Assembly: GCA_020536535.1 (NCBI GenBank)
Contig: JAHLWZ010000672.1
Location: 62,001-126,000, forward strand
DNA length: 64,000 bases
Direction: 5' to 3'
Source of the DNA: Pelomyxa schiedti
Lineage: Eukaryota; Protista; Evosea
A model generated the notes under the pieces. The model did not search any database, was not told where the DNA came from, and saw only the letters and a program-made list of their open reading frames with translations. Shown piece by piece: positions 53,525-64,000 of this stretch. A program made the translations under genes and the position numbers. Numbering within the stretch: position 1 is the stretch's first letter; each line of letters opens with the position of its first letter.

Positions 53525-53937
53525 AAAATAAATTATGAGTAGGAAGGAAAACGCACAACAAGTAATGTTTGTAATCAAATTGCTTTGGGTGCGTGTGAGG
53601 TGCTTATGAAACAGTTTGGCTGCTTAGGTGGATTGGTGAGGTCGTTTTGAACTCCTGGTTGAACTGCTGCTTGTTGTACTTGCACTTGAACTGGCACTTG
53701 TACTAGTCGAAGTGGTTGCCAAGTTCACAGCAGATGCGTGGTGTGCATTCCTTTTTTGAGGGAGCATTTGTTATTATTTGGCAATACTACTGTCAACCGA
53801 TCAATAACAGTCCTGATGCCTGCGGGAGTTAGGTCAAGTGTGGGAAGTGATTGCACTTGCCCTGCTTCGGGTTTCGTTGCAATCTCTCCAAAATCAACAT
53901 CCCAAGTGAATAATATCTGGAATATGTTGGCTGCAAG

Positions 53938-53985
53938 GCTCCAATAGCTCAGCTGATAGAGCGTTAGACTGAGTGAAGTAACTAA
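53938..53985 (+). pseudogene. tRNA-Phe-derived 5' half (truncated, decayed)
   Basis: GCTCCAA-TA-GCTC-AGCTGATA-GAGC-G-TTAGA-CTGA matches acceptor 5' strand, D arm and anticodon 5' strand of tRNA-Phe. No T-arm or 3' acceptor strand follows. Confidence 0.65.
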
Positions 53986-54079
53986 AATTTGTCTACTGAC
54001 AATTAAATTAAATTAAATCCCCTAACTGTATTTTTTTTTCCCGCATTTCATTTGTTAGACAGATAGATAGAGGTAACAT

Positions 54080-54920
54080 ACAGTGGGAAGTGACCAGTAA
54101 GGACCATCCAATACTTGCAATTATGTCGCGACATTATCTTGGCTTGCATGCGGTCGTCAATCAGTAGATGTCGACGCCGTAGCCGAGCTCCCACAAGTTA
54201 CGTTGAGACAGAAGCGCACATATCTAGCAGCTCACTTCCTTGGTCCAACTGAGTTGCCGCACTCATCATGGGCGCATGGTTCTCCTGGAGCGCCTTGTTG
54301 GCGGTGACTCGAACTCCTGCCGCCTATGCGCGCCCGTGCGGGCATTTGCGGCGGCAGTGAAGTTGGCCAGGGCGCAGGGTTTGCGATGCTGTGCTGTGCA
54401 CGTAACGAACAGCGCACCGGTGCACTCTGCTCATTATGGGATGGCACGCACTGGCGGCGCGGTCGGGCTTGTTGTCGTAGTAGAGGCCTGCTGAGGGGAC
54501 TCACTGGTGTAAGGTGGCACCTTCCAGAAGGAGTTCCCATCCTCTTCCCCTGTGCAGCTCCCCATTTTAATCCTTATTCCGCCACAAAATCCAAAATCAC
54601 ATGTGATCGAACTTTGGTTGCTGTAATTGGTCTGGTCTGGCACTCATGGACAAAGACAACCGCTTGTATGGTACGTACGTGACGTTCTTTTTCCTGTGTC
54701 TGGTCCCTTCGAAAGTGCCTGCTTGATAGTGTTTGGTTAATCGTCTAACCTAACAGCCACCAGTTGCGTTGGACCCGTCACCACAGCAGTAGAGAATGAG
54801 GGCAGTTGGTGTTTGTGCGCCGTGGCGATAGCAGCATTCAAGGGGGAAATCGTAGAGGCCGGCTGGGACCCACCTGTGGGTTCACTGCCCAGTTCACATC
54901 TGCATTGCATTTGTGGGTTG
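54080..54920. pseudogene. Probable decayed coding fragments
   Basis: Short protein-like stretches broken by stops and frameshifts; no coherent spliced model could be built. Confidence 0.3.
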
Positions 54921-55227
54921 GGCATATATTGGACGTTTCAGTCAAAAACCAGCCACACAAACAAAAAACGAAAACTATCATCAAAATCAAACGAAATGCA
55001 CTGGGTGCGCCCAGTGGATAAACTTGTTTTTTGTTGGTTGTTTTTATTTTTCATTCATTATGCCGTTTTTTGACTGAAACGTCCAATAGCAGGTGCTCTC
55101 TTTTTCCGCACGGCATCAATCAAAGGAATGTATTGTATTTGGATGGGTTATGTCATCACAGATTGTTGGACTTCTTCTTTTGTACTTCTTTTTTTCCCCA
55201 AAAAGGGGTGATTTTTCGTTGGCCGTT

Positions 55228-56789
55228 TCAAGCAGCAAGGTACGAGGTCAGAATGGATGTGAGAGGTGTTATGTCGAAATCAGCCCACCCTGGTATCTTT
55301 TGTTGTGTAAGGTAAGCAGGAACAGGGTCTTGGTCGGCCACTACCTCGATGCAAAATATTGTGGAGCCCAGAATGTAACCGTCACACTGCATCACGGAAT
55401 CATACCAGGCAAGCTGTTGTGTGCGCATAATGTGTCAGTCACGTTGATGTTACTTCTCGCGTGTAAGAGGAGGAAGGTCTCTCAAACCTGTGACATGTCT
55501 ATCACAGAAAAGTGAGAAAAAAAAAAGGTATTACTAGAACATACACTCTGACTCACAGCTGGGTTGATTCCAGTACGAGCAAAAGTTCTGTAAAGAAATT
55601 TGGAAAATGAATGGCATAGTTACTTGGTACCTGCCATCCCCCGGCAATATCTGGGAGGCACTATTTAAGGGAATACTTAAAAATAAGGTTGTATACTGCA
55701 ATGATTAATGGAACAAGTTCCGCCATCAATCCCATTTTCAGTTATAACCGTATTGAGCACCATTCCAGCAGGTATCAAGTATTGGTTGAATAATTTGCGA
55801 TATCTCCTAAAAGGCATTGATTCTTAGGCAAAACAGGGAGAGGGCGACAAACCCTGTGAGCCAACCATCTCCACTGCATACGCCGCCACTGTAGGAAGAG
55901 TTCATATAAGGTGCTGAGTACTCGTGAAGTCCGAGAATCGCTGAGAAGTCCATGGCAGTTTTGAAAGCAGGATAAAATGCCTCAACAACTAGTGATTCCG
56001 AATCAGTGAGTTCTCGATTGTTATGAGTATTCTCACGCACTTGAAGGCGTAGTTACATCGGGAACTCCAGTTGAAAAGGAACCGATGCAAGCTTTCAAGC
56101 CATACTTATCCAACAGCTAAAATTGTGTTAACCACTCCTACTTTTTCAGTTGAATTGCTCTTCATATACATTACACATTAATAACAAAGTGACAAATATG
56201 TAACTTGTATCCTGCTCTGTTCAAAAGTTGAATACCACTGCATTGCAGAGACAGTTCCAACATCTGGTTCGTTATATCCTTCCCAGTAGTCAACGTCGGG
56301 GTAACTCAGTATGGTTCCCCTATTTTGAAAATAATATGTATATGTACACTAAGCTGTAACAAATGCATACGAGACTTCCGACCACCACTCACTAGCCCGT
56401 GTTGCAGGGTCACCATCCATAGGTTGACTGTCCAAATAAATGCGCCCAACAATCACAATTCCTGGAGTTTAGCTTATAAAGCTTTTCACACATTGTTAAT
56501 TGTACCTGGTACACTCTTCTTTATACTTGCAGCATCGCCAAAGTTATCAAGCAGTTTAACCACCCTTGGTTGGCCTCCGTTCAACTGTGTTCGTTTTAGG
56601 AAGTAATAACAGAAAAAATGCTCTCAAGGGATTTGAACAGACAGGACACACAATTGTCCACGAATATTGACCCATTCCTGTGTGAATGGATAGCTTGGAA
56701 TTGCTAAGAGCCACAACGACGAATATACATTGAACCAATAGCAGATAGAAAACTCCACAAACGCAATGTTTCATGATTCCTCGTGTCAT
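55228..56789 (-). CDS. Secreted putative glycoside hydrolase (TIM barrel, clan GH-A-like), family unassigned
   Basis: Signal peptide; VVKLLDNFG, IVGRIY, VDYWEGYNEP (acid/base), IGSFSTGVP, LGLHEYSAP, GWLT|GRYRK, VITENGID (nucleophile) and QLAWYD. Confidence 0.75.
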
Positions 56790-56859
56790 TGCTTTTGTTG
56801 TTGGGCTATCACTTTCGGTTTGTTTTAATCTAAACAAGGGTACAAGGAAGATCTATTGT

Positions 56860-58975
56860 TCATTCCCCGAATGGTGAAGATATCTCGATCTGCGGTTGTC
56901 GGCGTGGTTCCCGGAGAAGGGAGAGGTGGAACAATTGTTCCTCGGAGTCATGTGTCGTGGAGAGCAACATTTGTTGCACCAGGTCATGGTTGCTGCCATT
57001 ATGGGAGCTGCTGCACGTGGTTGTGGTTGTGCAGGCTGTTGTGGCTATAGTTGTTGGATCACGAGAGTTCGAGTGTGATTGCAGGTGTTGGTATGAAGGC
57101 GGGGGTGTGAAGGGTACTTGCTGGAAGGCTACAAGTTCCCGGAGTACCGTTGAGATCAGCCGGTACTTTCCGAAGTTGATTTCGGTTCCGATGGAATCGC
57201 CATTGCCCTCACTTATGAATATCAGGTCAGTGAGATGGAAGGCTATTGGGTTTTGTTTGTTGGTTGGTTGGTTGGTTGGTTGGTTTATCAGGGGTGGAGG
57301 GGTAAAAAAGCGCTAAGTTGGGTAAACTTACACAGGAATGGTACGCAAGGAGGTTTGGCAGCATGGATAAATCTTCGTAGTTCGCGGTAGCTTGCTTTAG
57401 TGTCTGTGAGCTCCCTGAGGTACTCCAATTTCTTTTGGGACTTCTTTGGTAACTACAGATACATTAGTGTTAGTACAAAAAAGTCAAACAACCTTGGCAA
57501 AAGTTTGACTCAAACGGCGTAGGGATGAGTTGTTAAACCCAGAAATCACTGCCACGGAAGAAAACAGGTTATTTATCTTCAAGAGACTATCTGCGAGGTC
57601 AATAAACTTTACCAGTGCCGAGACTCTTTGCTCAATGGTGACTTTTGACAGTATGTAGTGGCACACCCAGAAGTGGATCTTGAGCAGCGGCTAAATAAAG
57701 GGAACTCACATCCTGTGGTAACATACCGCATGGAAAGTACTCAGCATTACTGTAAGATTCGGAGAACTGGTGTGCTTCGTGGTTAGAGTCCAACCCAGTT
57801 TGGCATATTCTCGGACTTTGATTGTTCGGTAAATCTCTTCGGTAATACAAGTGATGTGCCAGGCGCACTCAAGAGGCTCCATGAGTTCAAGTAGAGGTTG
57901 AGAGAATGGAACTTGGGGTGAGTAACATTCATATTGAACGGGGGGATTAAAGACTGAAGGGATACGGAATCTTTTCGTAGAAGAATTAATACTAGCAGAA
58001 AGACTAATAAGACATACATTTGAGAGGAAACTGAGGATGAAAAAGACTTCCATTGAGGGTGCACAGAGGTGTGATAGGCAAAGGCCTTGAACTCTAGAAA
58101 AAACTCCGAAAACTTGAGAGATAACTCCAGGAGATCTCTCATCTCAAGGCAAATTTCTCTCCGAACTTCTTCTGGGAGTTGCAAAAGGAGACTGTGTATT
58201 GGAGTGGATTGATTGCGAGGTTTATGCATTACAGTTGTTGCACAATCACGCCATTTCATAAGTTCGGGGAGTGCATTTGGACAGTCTAAGCCAAAGAGTG
58301 AGCTTTTTGAGCTACTATTAGTAGGGGTCGGAACTTTCTGTGAAATCATCAGGAACAAGAGACAGCCATGTCTTGAGTGCATGAAGAATTCTAGATACAA
58401 GTTAAATATCGCGTAGGATAATAGCGAAGTAGACCTCGTTTGTTCCTCTTGTGCCATAGGTGATCTCATCGAATCCCGTTCTATGAAGCTATCAAGTAGG
58501 CAATGAGACAGAGGGAAAAGAAGGTGGAATCGAAACCTCTTTATCAATAAATCGAACACTGTACGCTGTGTGGTGATTTCACGATAACACAAGAAGAATT
58601 CCTCAAGGAAGCGATTCTTGTCCACCAGTTGTGTTCTTTCATCACCTTTGTCACGGTTAGCCCATGGAAGCATAACTGCACCTATAACTATCAATGAACA
58701 TCAGAAAGATGAGGTCTTCCACACTTGGTGTAGTGATCACCTCTCCATCACGCAAAATCACACGACGCTTTCATTGGTTATGTTTCTCTTGGGTGTATAT
58801 AGCAAATTTGCAAAATTGAAATTTCACATGTCGGCCCCTGAACCCAACTTATGGTACTGTTTCGGTTTTCGACACTCACCTCAACGCCGCGTTTGGCTCT
58901 CATTCCAAGTATTTTCTTGCTCCCGTTTCGCTTTGATTTCGAAGAAAACGCCGAGAAAGACGGTTTTTTTTCCAT
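56860..58975 (-). CDS. RasGEF (REM + CDC25 domain) protein
   Basis: FLEEFFLCYREITTQRTVFDLLIKRF (REM), SPNL, RVSALVKFIDLA...NNLFSSVAVISGF...RRLSQTF, PPCVPFL|..HLTDLIFISEGN and INFGKYR. The 5' end is unresolved. Confidence 0.88.
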
Positions 58976-59334
58976 GGGTCCGGTGTGGCCGTTTGGCGCT
59001 CTGAGGGTCCATTTGTACATCGACGAACTCGGAGGGCGTTGGGGAGTGTACCTTCCCCTAAGGACAATGGAGTCGGCGCATCTTCAGCTGATCTCTTAGC
59101 CCTTTGGCAGGGGATTAGGTTGGTTCTTTTCTGTTACAAATGCCAAACAGAGAGTAATTCCGGCGAAATTTCTGCAAGTGCACACACATCAAGCCTAATT
59201 TAAGGATTGTCCCCAATGCCCTGACCATACCTAAAGAACAAAATTTCTTATTTCAAAATCAAAAACTAAACTAAAGCACATCTGGTGCAACACACGCGTA
59301 CAACTACAACAATTAGCAACAAATAGCGGGAAAA

Positions 59335-61467
59335 ATGACAGCCAGTGAAAGTGAAGCCGATATGAAGCCAGATCTCATTGCTGCTCGCAAACTGTTTTCC
59401 GTAGCACTGTCGCAACTGGGAAGAGAGGAACTCGAGCCGGTCGCCGAGGCCCTGGGCATAGATCCGCGTGATTTCGCCAACGTGACCAAATTGGCCAAGG
59501 CCGTGTTTGATGCCGTGCGAGAAACTGGCGTAGACGACGAATCTGACAACACAATTCTGTCGCAACCAGTGGAGCCGGATGAGCAAGATCTCGTAACTGC
59601 CGAGACTTACGCTACCAAGTGGCTGGACATTGTAAAAGAAAACACCATTGACGACGCCACTGCAAAGTGGGTGGTCGCTGAAACTACGAGGAACTTTGCG
59701 GACCATTTCAATGCTGGGTGGCTTGAATACAGGAAAAGTGTCACCCAAGGAGGAGATTACGCTTGCACAGAGTGGAGAGGCAGTGGGAGCGAGTTTGAGG
59801 ATGTATTGGGCAGAAAGTTCATTGATTGCTTGGGTGGTTTCGGTATGTTCAACTTGGGTTGGTGCCATCCAGAAGTTGTTGCAGCGGTCCAGGCTCAACT
59901 CCAAAAGTATGCCCCCATTGTGAGATTCTTACTATTTCATTTGACCTTTTCTATAGATCTGCTCAGTGCTCACAAGAGCTGCTGGATCCCCTGCGTGGTG
60001 TATTATGTAGACTGCTGGCTATGACGCTACCCGGAAAAATCCAATATGCTTTTCTTGTGAACAGTGGTGCTGAGGCCGTCGAGGGTGCCTTGAAGCTCGC
60101 TAAAGTTTTCACTGGTCGCACTGGATTTATCACTTCCACCAGGGCCTTCCACGGGAAATCTATGGGTGCTTTGAGCGTGAGTGGCAAAGCTGTTTTCAGA
60201 GATCCAGTTGGCACTCTGTATGGTGGTCCTGTCTATCACGTTCCTTATGGAGACGCCGCTTCAGTAGATCGAACACTGGAAAGCTGTGAGATTGCTGGAA
60301 TAGGTATGCGAAATTGTTGTTCCGTTTTTTGTTTGATCTCCTTTCCCAGGTATTGCTGCAGTTATCATGGAACCGATTCAGGGTGAGGCTGGTGCAATTG
60401 TCCCACCAGATGATTTCTGGCCAAGAATTCGTGCTTCAACTCTTAGACACAATGTTCTCTTGATTGCTGATGAAGTTCAGACTGGACTTGGCAGAACAGG
60501 CAAACTATGGGGTGTTGACCATTGGTACTTTTTCCACCAGGCCTTGTAAGTCTTCCTAACCTGACAAAGGGGCATTGAACCAGACATCATTTGTCTTGGA
60601 AAAGCTCTTGGAGGAGGTGTCATGCCAATAAGTGCTTTCTGTTCCACAAAAGAAATCTGGCAGCGAATGATGTACCCAAATCCATTCCTTCATACTACTA
60701 CAACTGGTGGAAATCCGCTGGCCTGTGCAGCAGCCATTGCTGCCATCCGTGTGACTGTACGTGATAAAGTTTGGGAGACAGCTGCCGAAAAGGGTGAGTA
60801 CTTGCTGGTAAGATTAAGACGGCTCGCTGAGGAATACAGCGACATTATCCACGAGGTCACAGGAAGAGGTCTACTGCTGGCTCTTCACTTCCATGACACT
60901 GTAACAGGGTAAAAATGTGATTTCAATGCCGTGAAGTTCATTTTACCCAGGTACCTTGTCGCCTCTGGGATGTTCAAGCGTGGCATCATCATCTCTGGTA
61001 CGCTAAATTCTGCACAGGCCGTGAGGATAGAACCACCCTTCGTCATTTCTGAAAAGCAGATGGATGAAGTCATAGTGAAGCTTGAACAGTCACTTATTGA
61101 GACCAGAGGCGAACTAAGGGCCCTACGTGAGAGACAAGCACACAAGCCCGCCCTAGCCACAGGCGCGAAAGCCACCCCACACCACCCAGCAACTGCCCCT
61201 ATTCCCATTAACATGGCTATGAACACAACAACGCTCTCGGGCTCCCCCACCTCCCTCGCCCACCTCGTTGCCCCAACAAACACTACCATTCCCACCAACG
61301 CCATGCTTATTCCCGACCCTGCAATCCCCATCCCCTCGGCGTCCATGCTGTTACCAGAGCACCTTGCCACAAACACGATGATGATTCCCGAGCAGCACAT
61401 GTCTTCCACTGGGGCCCTCCTTCCTGACCCAACAACCGGCACAATTCCCCACGAGCACTTGTTCTAG
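59335..61467 (+). CDS. patA: Putrescine (diamine) aminotransferase, PatA/YgjG-like class III PLP enzyme, with N- and C-terminal extensions
   Basis: YRKSVTQGGDYACTEW, FIDCLGGFG, SQELLDPLR, NSGAEAVEGALKLAK, AFHGKSMGALS, EPIQGE, DEVQTGLGRTG, LGKALGGGVMPI, NPFLHTTTTGGNPLACAAA and GTLNSAQAVRIEPP; colinear with enterobacterial PatA as I recall it; four introns. Confidence 0.92.
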
Positions 61468-61622
61468 GCGTATTTACCCGTGTGAAAGTAACTCGTAACT
61501 CTAATGATTTGTGGAAAAAAGAGCAAAGAGCATAAAAAGAAAACAAAGTTTTTTTCTGCAATCTTTTTGCAAAAAATTTCTTTGGTGTGGTGTGCCCAAA
61601 GGATAGTATTGTGTGTTTTCAG

Positions 61623-64000
61623 CTAGGATCTTTCTGTGAGCAGGTTGCCGTCCTCGACCATTTGGAATACAGTACGCAAGTGTCCCTTTTTTTAGTAGGG
61701 TTTTTGTGGGTAAGGGCATAGTGATCAACGAACCTCAATCTGTGCCTTTTTTTCCAAGGGCATGCCTTTGGAGTACCAGTTGAACGTGTCTAGAATTTCA
61801 CTTTTATGTTGTTGTATCTTCTGTATCTGCGGGAGTGTTGGAAACTTGCGTGGGGGGAAGGGATTTGGTGGTGGAACGAAACCAAAACTGCAAGAAGCTT
61901 GAAGTGGTCTTGTCGTGTCAATTGAGAACGTGGCTATAGTATTTGAGATTGATATGGAGTTGGTGCCTGTTACCTGGTCTTGAACTCCCATCTGGGGCTC
62001 TTGCTGTGGTGTTGTATTAAGAAAATGTGAGACAAGATTTCGATGGCCGAAGTTTTACCAAAAGAGAATTGGTAAACTCCTGAAGGAGACTTTTAAGGTG
62101 CGGGATATAAGGTTCGGCAGCAGTTATTCCCAAATCTCCCAATTTTCTATAAAAGAGGTATGTGAGTATCTGATCCAATACTGAAGAGGTTTGTTTACAT
62201 GGTTGATGATTTTAAGTTTACAATATACTGAATTACTTTGCCAACAATCTCAAGCACCCTTCTACTGTCAGGTTCAAAATCACCTAACTTCATTATGTAA
62301 TTCCATTTAAGATGATTAAGGCAAGAGGAAACTTACTTTCAATAAGGTGATAGGACTCGGGATTGCACAAAGAAGGCACTATAAAGCGTAAAAAAAATAG
62401 CGCAACAACAACTAAGCTTGGAGCGTGTCCCTTCCTTTCAACAACACATTTTACTTGATACAAAATCAGCTTAATGTTCCTGGAATAGTTAACATAAAAT
62501 TATTACGAGTTTGTCTAACATGGGGATTTTCTCGAGTGTGTGGCATACTGCGTTAACCATCCTGAATATGAGCAAGCCTAGTCTGTTGGAGTTTTCTTGC
62601 AGATTTGAGTCTTCCCTTTTCAGAGGATGAGTATGCAGTTGATGAAAAAGAAAAGAAAATGTACATCGCCTTCTCAGGGTCCACTTCATACATATCAGAG
62701 TTTTCACCGAGCTCCTTGATAAACGGTTGAAATGTGGTTAAGAGGTAGTCATAGCCAATCATTTTCATATAGTGTGCTATGAGTTTCGTTCCAGCAGTGC
62801 TAACACGGAAGAGGGTGTTATCTCCTTCTATTAAAGGTGAGCTGGGGATTGAAGCTGGGGGATGGGGAATAACCAGATTCCGCCGCTTCAACATCTTCAG
62901 AAAGTAGATGTACAATAAGTTCGTGAATTGTTGGACTGTTGGACAAAAGCCTCACTGTAACTACAAATGGTGTATCTTCAAATTTTAGCCCCGAAAGAAT
63001 AGAAGACATCACAATAAAGCCAGGATAGGTTAAAATCTTCGAAGAATACATATTAGTGGCGTTTTTGTTTTGAGGTGCAGAAGTGTACAGATAAAAGTTC
63101 ATTGAAGTATGTCTTAGCAACAGTGAAATACATATTTCTATCTTCCACTGAGAGGAATGTGTACTGAAGCACTAAATCTCCATCTGCCTGACCAGTTGTA
63201 TAGAGGGGCATTTGAAGCTTCTGTGTCCTACAGAAACTCTGAATAAAGATAAAGGCTGGCATAACTTCAATACGAACTTATATCGTTGAATATCATTCAA
63301 AGAGAGGTCGACCCAACCAATAACATCATCACTTTTGAGCACACTGTGTGACATGACAGTGACACGTAAGGAAGGAGAGCTGTTCCTAGGAGGTACATCA
63401 AAGGAAAATTCTTCTCCCCTGTATTGGGTTATTGTCATTCACGATAACCTGACAAACCAAGAAGGAAATTCCTTTTCGTGTGTTGTCCTAGTGCGTAGCT
63501 TTTTTTGTGATGGTATGACCTCGGGAGGAACAGATATGATACAATAGGCGCGGGGTTTCGCACCTCTGAATTGAAGGCCAATGGGTCTGTCAACTGTTGG
63601 GTGGGTGGTGGTGTTCTACATTATTATTTATCTACTGGCGATGACGACAAACTCTTCAAGGACAGCAGACCATGTGAATATGGATTTTCAAAAAGTCTTC
63701 CAACTGTGGCTAGAAGGTAATTTGGTATTAGGGAAAAAGGTGTGAGAAAGCAGTGGAAATAAACATACTAAGAAGGGAGGATGGAGTGGATGAAAGTTTT
63801 CCATCACATCTCTGATTTTCCGTAGTTATGATATGCGGGGGTGTTGCATTGCCAACTTCAGGAAGAAGATTTATAAGGTGGTCTCTATTTGAAGGGCCCA
63901 GCGGCATTGGTGCTGGACTTTGAGGTGCGGGGGGTAAGGGGATGCTTTGGGGGTCCAGAGTTGGAGAGCGTGGCGACAAAGGTGGGTGAGGAGGAAACAA
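61623..64000 (-). CDS. C2-domain RasGAP protein, 5'-partial (runs off the right edge)
   Basis: C2: GEEFSFDV...LRVTVMSHSVLKSDDVIGWVDLSL. RasGAP: NTLFRVSTAGTKLIAHYMKMIGYDYL, YEVDP and LFFLRFIVPSLCNP. Confidence 0.88.

Noticed and set aside
57260-57284. (GGTT)n microsatellite
   Set aside because: A short intronic simple repeat in the RasGEF gene; unremarkable.
59335-61467. Bacterial contamination or chimeric assembly as the source of the bacterial-like genes
   Set aside because: Each such gene has GT-AG introns of host size and sits tightly between eukaryotic genes.

Overview
This is gene-dense nuclear DNA from a microbial eukaryote, not a prokaryote. It holds about 26 protein-coding genes on both strands. 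Most are split by many short (about 40-65 nt) spliceosomal introns, so the ORF track shows only fragments, and intergenic spacers are often under 200 bp. Gene content (Dlp/DRP5-class dynamin, TKL kinase, RhoGAP/RasGEF/RasGAP, Pmp-like surface protein, Thr/Ser/Pro-rich tracts, intron-bearing bacterial-type enzymes) suggests an amoebozoan, possibly an anaerobic archamoeba; that assignment is inference only. Recognisable conserved genes are Rpt6/PSMC5, ATAD2/Yta7, RPB6, ELP1, prolyl-tRNA synthetase, a USP47-like deubiquitinase, RBBP6/Mpe1, DCAF10, a ZC3H3-like CCCH protein and a synapsin-like protein. Four genes look bacterial in origin but carry introns: a stand-alone BtaA/DUF3419, an R-amidase/DavA-like nitrilase, a secreted clan GH-A-like hydrolase and a PatA putrescine aminotransferase. 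The least explained signals are a hairpin-rich 260-nt segment between ELP1 and ProRS with U1-snRNA-like motifs in the correct order, an apparent intron made almost wholly of a heptamer repeat whose motif recurs inverted on the far side of an RRM-like/TKL kinase gene, an intronless protein with an unrecognised tandem domain, and an isolated tRNA-Phe 5' half. Gene models were spliced by eye, so some starts and ends are approximate. No CRISPR array, rRNA, intact tRNA or intact transposase was seen.
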